Part shown: positions 8,125 through 14,767 of the stretch, piece by piece
Layout of the letters: each line of letters starts with the position of its first letter
How positions within the stretch are numbered: position 1 is the stretch's first letter
Source of the DNA: Puniceicoccales bacterium
GTDB lineage: Bacteria > Verrucomicrobiota > Verrucomicrobiia > Opitutales > JAIRLM01
Assembly (NCBI GenBank): GCA_031268315.1
Contig: JAIRXK010000028.1
Coordinates: forward strand, 1-32,000
Reading direction: 5' to 3'
Length of the DNA stretch: 32,000 nucleotides
Notes under the pieces: generated by a model
What the model saw: the letters and a program-made list of their open reading frames with translations, nothing else
What the model was told of the DNA's origin: nothing
Databases searched by the model: none
Position numbers and translations under genes: made by a program

Positions 8125-9501
8125 ATGGAAATCATTGCAGAGAAATCCATCGATGGAAACGGAATTAATCCGCGCCTGATTGAAATTTGTTCGCAGATTC
8201 GGAACGCCGGGGGACGAGCCTATCTCGTTGGAGGATGCGTGCGTGATTTGTTGCTTCAAATTTCTCCAAAGGACTGGGATGTAGAGGTTTTTTCCATGGA
8301 CCCACCTGCATTGGAATCACTATTCGCCGGATGCATCGAGCCCGTTGGAAAAAGCTTCGGCATCCATCGATTTCGCCATTTTCCGATTGACATTGGGTTT
8401 CCACGCAAAGAATCAGCCATCGGGAGTGGCCATCGCGATTTTTCAGTTTCCATTGATCCCTATTTGCCGGTAAAATCGGCCGCCGCACGGAGAGATTTCA
8501 CCATCAATGCCATCTACTACGATCCTCTAGAACAATCCATCGAAGATCCGTTTGGCGGCGTGGAGGATTTGCAAGGAAAGTACCTGCGCCATGTTTCTTC
8601 GCAATTTTCCGAGGATCCGCTCCGCGTTCTGCGAGGAATGCAATTCGTCAGTCGCTTTGCTTTAACCGCTACAGCCGAGACAATTTCTCTTTGCAAGCAA
8701 TTAACACCGAAACATTTGTCCAATGAACGCATCTACTGTGAATTTTGCAAATTAATTTTGCTCGGGGAAAAAATTGGCGACGGCCTTGAGTTCCTGCGCC
8801 ATGCCAATTGGCTGCCATTTTTCCCAGAGTTGGAAGCGATGGAATCCTGCCAGCAGGATAGCGCATATCACCCCGAAGGCAGCGTTTGGAATCACGTCAA
8901 ATTCGCCACCGATGCCTTTTCCCGATTTCGACCCCATGGCGAATGGGATGCTTTGGTGACCGGATTCGCCGTGCTATGCCATGACCTTGGCAAGCCTCTG
9001 TGTACCCGTTGGAATGCGGCGGGACGCATCTGCGCTAGGGGCCATGACCGGGCGGGAATTCTTCCAACCCAGCAATTTCTCAGTCGGGTGAATGCACCCC
9101 AGGCACTCGTCGAAGAAGTTCTACCACTGGTAGAATTCCACATGGTACCGCGCACATTTGCCGATGGGAAAAATGCCACCGCCGCGTCCCTCAATCATCT
9201 GGCAAATTCCGTCAAGCGCATCGATCGGCTACTTGTAGTTGCCCGCTGCGATCGATCGGGACGCAGCGACCACGTGCCTAGTTTGGTTGGCGAAGATCGC
9301 CTAGAGGCCATGGCCAAGGAGGCGAATCTATGGACAAGTTCGCCGGTGCCCCTCATTCACGGCAGAGATCTTCTGGAGCATTTTCGACTGACTCCATCGC
9401 CAAAAATAGGAATCTTGGTAAAGCAAATCTATGAAGCCCAATTGGATGCAAAATTTTCCTGCTACGAAGATGCACTTGCCTATGCGAGAAGCCTAATCTA
9501 G
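8125..9501 (+). CDS. cca: CCA-adding tRNA nucleotidyltransferase with HD domain
   Basis: 458 aa. The Pol-beta type head is GGCVRDLLL...DWDVEV...RRDFTINA. A C-terminal HD domain follows (YHPEGSVWNHV...LCHDLGK). Confidence 0.88.
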   Translation: MEIIAEKSIDGNGINPRLIEICSQIRNAGGRAYLVGGCVRDLLLQISPKDWDVEVFSMDPPALESLFAGCIEPVGKSFGIHRFRHFPIDIGFPRKESAIGSGHRDFSVSIDPYLPVKSAAARRDFTINAIYYDPLEQSIEDPFGGVEDLQGKYLRHVSSQFSEDPLRVLRGMQFVSRFALTATAETISLCKQLTPKHLSNERIYCEFCKLILLGEKIGDGLEFLRHANWLPFFPELEAMESCQQDSAYHPEGSVWNHVKFATDAFSRFRPHGEWDALVTGFAVLCHDLGKPLCTRWNAAGRICARGHDRAGILPTQQFLSRVNAPQALVEEVLPLVEFHMVPRTFADGKNATAASLNHLANSVKRIDRLLVVARCDRSGRSDHVPSLVGEDRLEAMAKEANLWTSSPVPLIHGRDLLEHFRLTPSPKIGILVKQIYEAQLDAKFSCYEDALAYARSLI

Positions 9502-9567
9502 CGGTGACCTGCATACTATCGCGAATTTAATCGTTGGAGTTTAAGCGTATGCAGCGAGTCGTATTTT

Positions 9568-9620
9568 GCGGAATCAAAAAATGCCGATGAAGGCAAAATT
9601 TCAATTCCGCGTTTTTTCAT
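9568..9620 (+). terminator. hairpin/T-tract between convergent cca and 9622..10338
   Basis: GCGGAAT (9568-9574) pairs with ATTCCGC (9604-9610) and is followed by GTTTTTTCATTTT. An inner TGCC..GGCA hairpin has a T-run on the opposite strand, so it may act in both directions. Confidence 0.45.
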
Positions 9621-9621
9621 T

Positions 9622-10338
9622 TTAAGCGGTTACTATTTCCTCGCAATTTACATAATATGCCATCCCTTGCACTTGCACGGGCATTGCCATGGATTGGGGA
9701 TAGCCACCTGCCGTTGCTATGTTTACAGCAGGCGGTTCATAGTGAAATTGCTCTTCGATGGCGGCAAAGTACCTCATTTTCTGATTTCCTCTGCAGCGGG
9801 CGCGTATTTGGCCAACCGCCAGCGCAGCACCTACAGCAATGAGGCCGTATCCAAGAATGGAAAGTATACCTTCATCCGTATCGTAGGCAACCCCCGCAAC
9901 GGCAATTCCCGTTATAATCAGTACCATATTGCAGCACATTGATATGCACGGGCGATATACCCATTTAGCGCCGCAACAATAACTATGGGATGCTTCCACT
10001 TCCTCAAAAAAAAGCCGCTTTTGTTCAACGGCAAGCAAGGGATCATTTTCAACTGCGGTTCGCAGTGCCGTGAGGGACATTTCAGTATTAGCATCTACAA
10101 TGTCCCCATACCTTTTTTTTATCTCCGCAAAGTGAGGCGCTCCATTTTCCCTAAAGATGTCCGGATAGCGCTGACTTGCGTAATTAGCTGGAACGGTGGG
10201 CGTTACCCCGCCCGCGAACCCAACTGGGCCATAGTTGGATGGAACCATTGGCACCATACCCCCAGCAAATCCAACCACACCAAAATTGGAGACGGCCGCG
10301 CCGTCGTCCGAACGAATTACATTTATTCTATCTGCCAT
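9622..10338 (-). CDS. hypothetical membrane protein with central two-helix hydrophobic hairpin
   Basis: 238 aa from the ATG at 10338, with GGAGG 7 nt upstream. It has a tandem 17-aa repeat VGFAGGMVPMVPSNYGP / VGFAGGVTPTVPANYAS. The hydrophobic segment is NMVLIITGIAVAGVAY-DTDEG-ILSILGYGLIAVGAALAVG. There is no N-terminal signal peptide. Confidence 0.8.
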   Translation of the reverse strand: MADRINVIRSDDGAAVSNFGVVGFAGGMVPMVPSNYGPVGFAGGVTPTVPANYASQRYPDIFRENGAPHFAEIKKRYGDIVDANTEMSLTALRTAVENDPLLAVEQKRLFFEEVEASHSYCCGAKWVYRPCISMCCNMVLIITGIAVAGVAYDTDEGILSILGYGLIAVGAALAVGQIRARCRGNQKMRYFAAIEEQFHYEPPAVNIATAGGYPQSMAMPVQVQGMAYYVNCEEIVTA

Positions 10339-10394
10339 TGACTGACCTCCGGCGCGATTTCGCAAAATTTTTTTTCAAAATAAAGCTTATTTTA

Positions 10395-10415
10395 CGCATT
10401 AGCAGTTTTATAGCA
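10395..10415 (-). promoter_or_regulatory. extended -10-like block shared with the 12378..13835 upstream region
   Basis: Gene strand reads TGCTATAAAACTGCTAATGCG, against TGCTATATTTTCGCTAATACG at 13925-13945. In both cases it is preceded by AAAATGTAAAAA and a (T)GCCAA motif. Confidence 0.35.
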
Positions 10416-10479
10416 TTTGTTTCTCAAATTCACATTTTTACATTTTATTAGCATTGGCCATGCAAGCACAGTAATGAGC

Positions 10480-10523
10480 CCAAAAAACTAACACCGCCGC
10501 GCATTGATTCATCGCGCGGCGGG
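10480..10523 (-). terminator. rho-independent terminator after module 2
   Basis: Minus strand reads CCGCCGCGC-GATGAATCAAT-GCGCGGCGG followed by TGTTAGTTTTTTGGG, about 80 nt downstream of the 10605 stop. Confidence 0.7.
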
Positions 10524-10604
10524 ACGACTTATCGCCAATTGGTGGCATTCATATATCTTACTATTTTGCTTTAAAACGATGAAACAGCCACATAAAAAAG
10601 ACCT

Positions 10605-12350
10605 TTATGTAACCGAACAACCCCCTTGATCTTTTTTTTTATGCATTTCATTTGCTTGTCCAAACTCTTTGTCCATTTCTAATTGATCATTTTCCTTCTG
10701 CATCTTTTTTGCAGAATCGGCTTTTGCTTGAATTTGAGCAAGGATATCGATTTTATATTTTTCGAGAACTTCATCGCTATTGCTTCGAACTTCAATAATT
10801 CCACTTTCTTCTATTTCAAACTCTTTGCCCATTTTTAATTGATCATTTTCCTTCTGCATCTTTTTTGCAGAATCGGCTTTTGCTTGAATTTGAGCAAGGA
10901 TATCGGTTTTATATTTTTCGAGAACTTCATCGCTATTGCTTCGAACTTCAATAATTTCACTTTCTTCTATTTCAGCTCTATCCGCGTTCATTTGATCACT
11001 GGCAATTTCATTTGCTAATGGAGCAATCTCACTATTTGCTTCACTGGCAATTATAGTTACGGGCATGTTGCAGCCCATATTATGCCTTCTCCGGCGCCCA
11101 CGGCTTTTCTCTATGAATTTACTCGTCTTCTCATCGGTGGTTAAATCCTGACCCATATCCGCTTGATTCACAATTTCGACCTTAAAGCTCTCCAGGACTA
11201 AGCGCGGTGCGGGTGAACATGGGGATTCACTTTCTTCAAGTTTGCATTCATGGACATTTTTCTTACTTTCAAGTTTAGCACGAAGCTCAACCATTTTACG
11301 TGCATGGGCAGCTTTTTGGGTTTCTTCTACTTTGCTCAAGGCACCTAACTCGGCTGCAAACTCGGCTGCAAACTCGGCCATGCGATTTGCTAAGGCTACC
11401 TCACGGGCTTTGGCCGTTTCCTCAATCGCAAGTCCTCTAGTCTTAATCTCAGCCATACGATTAGCATGAGCGTCTTCATTGGCTTTTCTCTTGATTGCAA
11501 GCTCAGCCAGTTTATTTTCATTGGCTTTGCGCATGCTCGCAATCTTAGCCACTTCGTTTTCATGGGCGACCTCATTGGCTTTGCGCATTTCTTCGACCTT
11601 AAGTTTGCTACTAGCCTCAATCTCAGCCAGTTTATTTTCATTGGCTTTGCGCATTTCTTCGACCTTAAGTTTTCTACTAGCCTCAATCTCAGCCCGTTTA
11701 TTTTCATCGGCTTTGCTCATGATTGCAAGCTCAGCCATACGATTAGCATAAGCGTCTTCATCGGCTTTGCGCATGATTGCAAACTCAGCCTCACGGGCTT
11801 TGGCCGTTTCCTCAATCGCAAGTCTTCTAGTCCTAATCTCAGCCATACAACTAGCATAAGCGTCTTCATTGGCTTTGCGCATGCTTGCAAGCTCAGCCAG
11901 TTCATCTTCATTGGCTTTGCGCGCTTCTTCGGCCTTAAGTTTGCTACTAGCCTCAAACTCAGCGCGTTGTGCATCTGTTTTATTCAGTGTATCTATCAAC
12001 CTGCGTTCATGTTCATTTCGAGGAACAATGTGTGCGCGAGTTTTGGGATTGTGAATCATTTCTTTTCGCTGGTCACGTGCAGCACGTATCTCATCGACAC
12101 AGCTGTCAATTTCCTTTCGAATGATAGCCGATGCCTCGACGATGTGATCATTGTCCCAGCCAAGCTCATCAAGCCGCTGTATTATAAAATCGTAGCACTC
12201 TGGATAGGCTGATCCGTAGCTCACAAGACAATCTCTCGCAGATTTAATTTGTCCCGGCGTATGCGGAATGTGTCTGCCAGCCGAAGAAAAATCTCCTCCG
12301 TGAGGTTCTCTTTTCTGAGTGCTGTTAACTCTAACAATTGGAAAGTTCAT
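10605..12350 (-). CDS. hypothetical repeat-expanded coiled-coil protein B2 (paralog of 6145..7158); ends KKKDQGGCSVT
   Basis: 581 aa, with AGGAG 8 nt upstream of the ATG. The N-terminal Q-x-REP and YPE...P-x-TR-x-x-V-P block aligns without gaps to B1. The centre consists of degenerate RKANE(D/N)xxAE heptad-like repeats. Two nearly identical 52-aa C-terminal repeats follow. No signal peptide. Confidence 0.85.
   Translation of the reverse strand: MNFPIVRVNSTQKREPHGGDFSSAGRHIPHTPGQIKSARDCLVSYGSAYPECYDFIIQRLDELGWDNDHIVEASAIIRKEIDSCVDEIRAARDQRKEMIHNPKTRAHIVPRNEHERRLIDTLNKTDAQRAEFEASSKLKAEEARKANEDELAELASMRKANEDAYASCMAEIRTRRLAIEETAKAREAEFAIMRKADEDAYANRMAELAIMSKADENKRAEIEASRKLKVEEMRKANENKLAEIEASSKLKVEEMRKANEVAHENEVAKIASMRKANENKLAELAIKRKANEDAHANRMAEIKTRGLAIEETAKAREVALANRMAEFAAEFAAELGALSKVEETQKAAHARKMVELRAKLESKKNVHECKLEESESPCSPAPRLVLESFKVEIVNQADMGQDLTTDEKTSKFIEKSRGRRRRHNMGCNMPVTIIASEANSEIAPLANEIASDQMNADRAEIEESEIIEVRSNSDEVLEKYKTDILAQIQAKADSAKKMQKENDQLKMGKEFEIEESGIIEVRSNSDEVLEKYKIDILAQIQAKADSAKKMQKENDQLEMDKEFGQANEMHKKKDQGGCSVT
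10662..10973 (-). repeat. 156-bp tandem duplication (2 copies) inside B2
   Basis: 10662-10817 and 10818-10973 differ at 4 of 156 positions by hand alignment. Each copy encodes (E/A)(F/E)(E/I)IEES(G/E)IIEVRSNSDEVLEKYK(I/T)DILAQIQAKADSAKKMQKENDQL.... Confidence 0.9.
11470..11960 (-). repeat. degenerate in-frame repeats (RKANE motif) inside B2, including a near-perfect 66-bp doublet
   Basis: CATTGGCTTTGCGCAT recurs many times. 11575-11640 and 11641-11706 are 66-bp units differing at 2 positions, each encoding ASSKLKVEEMRKANENKLAEIE. The outer boundaries are approximate. Confidence 0.75.
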
Positions 12351-12377
12351 ACCTATTCTCCTAGTTGAAGCATTCTA

Positions 12378-13835
12378 TTATATGGCATTGCAGAAATTCT
12401 CATCGTCGAGATCTCTATTCTGGAGCCTTGCCCTTCTGGCCTGCTGCTTTCGCAATTCCACATCGGCCTTCACTTCTTCCCGCCGAAGGGCAATTATTTC
12501 CGGATCGCTTTCAAGGGCCGCTCTTGCCGCTTCTCGAGTTGCCCTTGCGTCACTTTCATTTGCATTGGCCTTTGCTTGGCGCAACCTTTCCTTTGCTTCG
12601 CAAAGTTCCACCTCCGTTTTGTTCTTTTCTGCGTTAGCTAAATCCACTTCTGCTTGAAGCAGATTTGTTTTCACATTTATTTTGCTCAATTCTGCCCTAG
12701 CTTTACCTAGCTCCAATTCTGCCCTTGCCTTGGACTGCGCTGCGTCTGCCCTAGTCTTTTCCTCTTCCGCCCTAGCGGCATCTTTGGCTTGCTCTAGTGC
12801 AACTTCGGCTTGAGCGGCATCCATTTCCGCCTTTTTCTTGGCCTCCTGAAGTTCAAGCTCTGCCTTTTCTACCTCTATCTTAGCTTGTTGAAGTTCCACC
12901 TGAGTTTTCTCCGCTTCCACCTTAGCAGCATCTTTGGCTTGCTCTAGTGCAACTTCGGCTTGAGCGGCATCCATTTCCGCCTTTCTTTTTGCCTCTTGAA
13001 GTTCCACCTGAGTTTTCTCCGCTTCCGCTTTAGCAGCATCTTTGGCTTGCTCTAGTGCAACTTCGGCTTGAGCGGCATCTGTTTCCGCCTTTTTCTTGGC
13101 CACCTGAAGTTCTAAGTCACATTGTTCCCTAGCTCGTTGAAGTTCCATTTTAGTTTTCTCCGCTTCCGCCTTAGCAGCATCTTTGACTTGCTCTAGTGCA
13201 ACTTCGGCTTGAGCGGCATCTGTTTCCGCCTTTTTCTTGGCCGCCTGAAGTTCCACCTGAGTTTTCTCCGCTTCCGCCTTAGCAGCATCTTTGGCTTGCT
13301 TTAGTGCAACTTCGGCTTGAGCGGCATCCTTTTCCGCCTTCTTCTTGGCCTCCTGAAGTTCGAGGTCAAATCGTTCCTTGGTTTGCTGTAGTTCCATCTG
13401 GGCTTTCTCCACTTTCGCCTTAGCGGCATCTTCGACTTGCTTGGCCTTCTCCTCGGCTTGTTTTCTCACCGATGCTGACTCTGCCGCCATTTCGTCGGTG
13501 AATTCCTTGATGGCATCGGGAAGTCTTGCAAGAGCATTGGCACGGGTGCCGGCCTGCTCTTTATCATCCTTGTCAATGGACGCGTAGAGATAACACTGCA
13601 TGGCCAGATTTTTGAGTGCCGGCGAACCGGATTCATGCGCAAATGCAACCAGCCACATTTGACTATTTAATTGAAGTGTTTTGGTGTAAACATTTTTCCA
13701 AAACTTCAATAACTCCACATTGTTGCCGCAATTTCGCATTTCTGCTTTTGCATCATTGAGCGCCGTATTCACGGTGGTCTGTATAGCCATCAGTGTCTGC
13801 GAGTCAACATTTTTTATTTCACTATTTCCACTCAT
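12378..13835 (-). CDS. hypothetical repeat-expanded coiled-coil protein A2 (motif-level paralog of 7148..7708); ends DDENFCNAI
   Basis: 485 aa, with GGAAAGGA upstream of the ATG. A ~110-aa N-terminal domain is followed by Ala/Glu/Lys repeats of the unit DAAQAEVALEQAKDAAKAEAEKTQVELQEAKKKAE. No signal peptide. The gene lies 27 nt upstream of B2. Confidence 0.85.
   Translation of the reverse strand: MSGNSEIKNVDSQTLMAIQTTVNTALNDAKAEMRNCGNNVELLKFWKNVYTKTLQLNSQMWLVAFAHESGSPALKNLAMQCYLYASIDKDDKEQAGTRANALARLPDAIKEFTDEMAAESASVRKQAEEKAKQVEDAAKAKVEKAQMELQQTKERFDLELQEAKKKAEKDAAQAEVALKQAKDAAKAEAEKTQVELQAAKKKAETDAAQAEVALEQVKDAAKAEAEKTKMELQRAREQCDLELQVAKKKAETDAAQAEVALEQAKDAAKAEAEKTQVELQEAKRKAEMDAAQAEVALEQAKDAAKVEAEKTQVELQQAKIEVEKAELELQEAKKKAEMDAAQAEVALEQAKDAARAEEEKTRADAAQSKARAELELGKARAELSKINVKTNLLQAEVDLANAEKNKTEVELCEAKERLRQAKANANESDARATREAARAALESDPEIIALRREEVKADVELRKQQARRARLQNRDLDDENFCNAI
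12720..13440 (-). repeat. in-frame tandem array of 108-bp units with 33-42-bp insertion variants inside A2
   Basis: The motif GGCTTGCTCTAGTGCAACTTCGGCTTGAGCGGCATC (with minor variants) recurs at 12786, 12936, 13044, 13185 and 13293. The spacings are 150, 108, 141 and 108 bp. The outer boundaries are approximate. Confidence 0.85.
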
Positions 13836-13924
13836 AAAATTTCCTTTCCTGCTGGAATGAGCGCGCCCGTCCTGGACGCATGGCGACGCTCTTTCGTGGC
13901 CAACATGGCAGCAATAAAAAAAAA

Positions 13925-13945
13925 CGTATTAGCGAAAATATAGCA
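13925..13945 (-). promoter_or_regulatory. extended -10-like block (TGCTATATT) upstream of A2
   Basis: Gene strand reads TGCTATATTTTCGCTAATACG, about 100 nt upstream of the ATG at 13835. TGCTATATT fits the extended -10 consensus TGnTATAAT with one mismatch. A paralogous block lies at 10395-10415. Confidence 0.35.
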
Positions 13946-13983
13946 CTTGTAAAGCGTTTTTACATTTTGGCTATTTTTTTACC

Positions 13984-14061
13984 ACGATCGCATAATTCAA
14001 ACTCCAAGACTAATTGCTAGCATTGCAATGGCTATTGCCGCTTTGGCAGAGGCCTAAACGC
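13984..14061 (-). repeat. 77-bp repeat element, copy 2 (inverted partner of 391..467)
   Basis: See copy 1. This copy sits between the A2 promoter region and the IS5-like transposase remnant. Confidence 0.85.
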
Positions 14062-14099
14062 AGCAACAAAAAAAGTATTTTTCCACTAATTTTTTCAGT

Positions 14100-14632
14100 T
14101 TCTGATTAAAATTTTCGATGCAATGGCGAGTTTTTAATTTTCGTTTTCCTTCTTTCGTGTTCTGTATTTTCATGTTTTTTCCATTTCTTCACTACAAACT
14201 TTAAATTCTTCTGCATTAGGTGATTAGTTTTATGTAGCCGCTGTCTCCAATGGCACTTTCGGCGCAGTTTTCAAGCAACACCTTTAAGAAGCAAGCATCA
14301 CGTGCGGATCCATTTGAAAGGCAAAAATTTATGGCAATCGTATCTTCGGCATTAGTAGCGATATGGACTTTGAATCCGAAAATAGCTCGGCCCTTTCCAT
14401 GGCTTCTCGCATTGATTTAAAGCGTTTAATACGAGCATGTAAACAAAGTTTAATCGGAGTAGAATCGCCAATGGAATCTCCATGTAACGCCTTGAGGCAA
14501 AGAGCGTTTTTTAATTCGATTAAAATTTTTGGAAACCGTTTCATAATCGGAGCATAATGAGGTAACGTTGGGAAAAATCTTCTAAATGTGGATGTATTGG
14601 ACCATGATAAAATGTTTTAAAATCCTTTACAC
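14100..14632 (-). pseudogene. IS4/IS5-family DDE transposase remnant (frameshifted, truncated)
   Basis: Minus-strand fragments lie in different frames. One reads ...SWSNTSTFRRFF... followed by ...ALHGDSIGDSTPIKLC... (IDST-type motif, ORF 14329..14544). In another frame is GFKVHIATNAEDTIAINFCLSNGSARDACFLKVLLENCAESAIGDSGYI, matching the G-x-K-x-H ... aDkGY pattern of DDE_Tnp_1. Stops interrupt the fragments and the N-terminal part is missing. Confidence 0.6.
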
Positions 14633-14677
14633 CGGCTAGTTATGCCCAGAAATAAAGTGCCAAATGACACAATTTTG

Positions 14678-14767
14678 AGTGGTAAAATATCCAGTGAAAA
14701 AATTTCCGACGGCAAAGTTTCTAACGGCCAAATTTCTAATGGAAAAATTTCAGGTGACGAAATTTTG
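14678..14767. repeat. 15-bp imperfect tandem repeat, 6 units
   Basis: The units are AGTGGTAAAATATCC / AGTGAAAAAATTTCC / GACGGCAAAGTTTCT / AACGGCCAAATTTCT / AATGGAAAAATTTCA / GGTGACGAAATTTTG. The repeat lies inside ORF 14642..14950(+) (SGKIS SEKIS DGKVS NGQIS NGKIS) and antisense ORF 14617..14904(-). Whether either ORF is coding is unresolved. Confidence 0.8.

Noticed and set aside
11466-12212. 248-aa plus-strand ORF (and 11242..11469, 11479..11751, 11869..12054, 12319..12657, 12365..12637, 13378..13587) overlapping the repeat genes
   Set aside because: These are antisense shadows of Ala/Glu/Lys-rich coiled-coil coding sequence. They translate to Phe/Ser/Leu-rich low-complexity strings and are broken into several pieces. 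The minus-strand frames are continuous (581 and 485 aa) with good ribosome-binding sites.
10662-13440. Regularly spaced near-identical repeats that could be mistaken for a CRISPR array
   Set aside because: The units are 66-156 bp, directly abutting, with no unique spacers. They are in frame within long ORFs and encode heptad-like coiled coil. No cas genes are present in the window.
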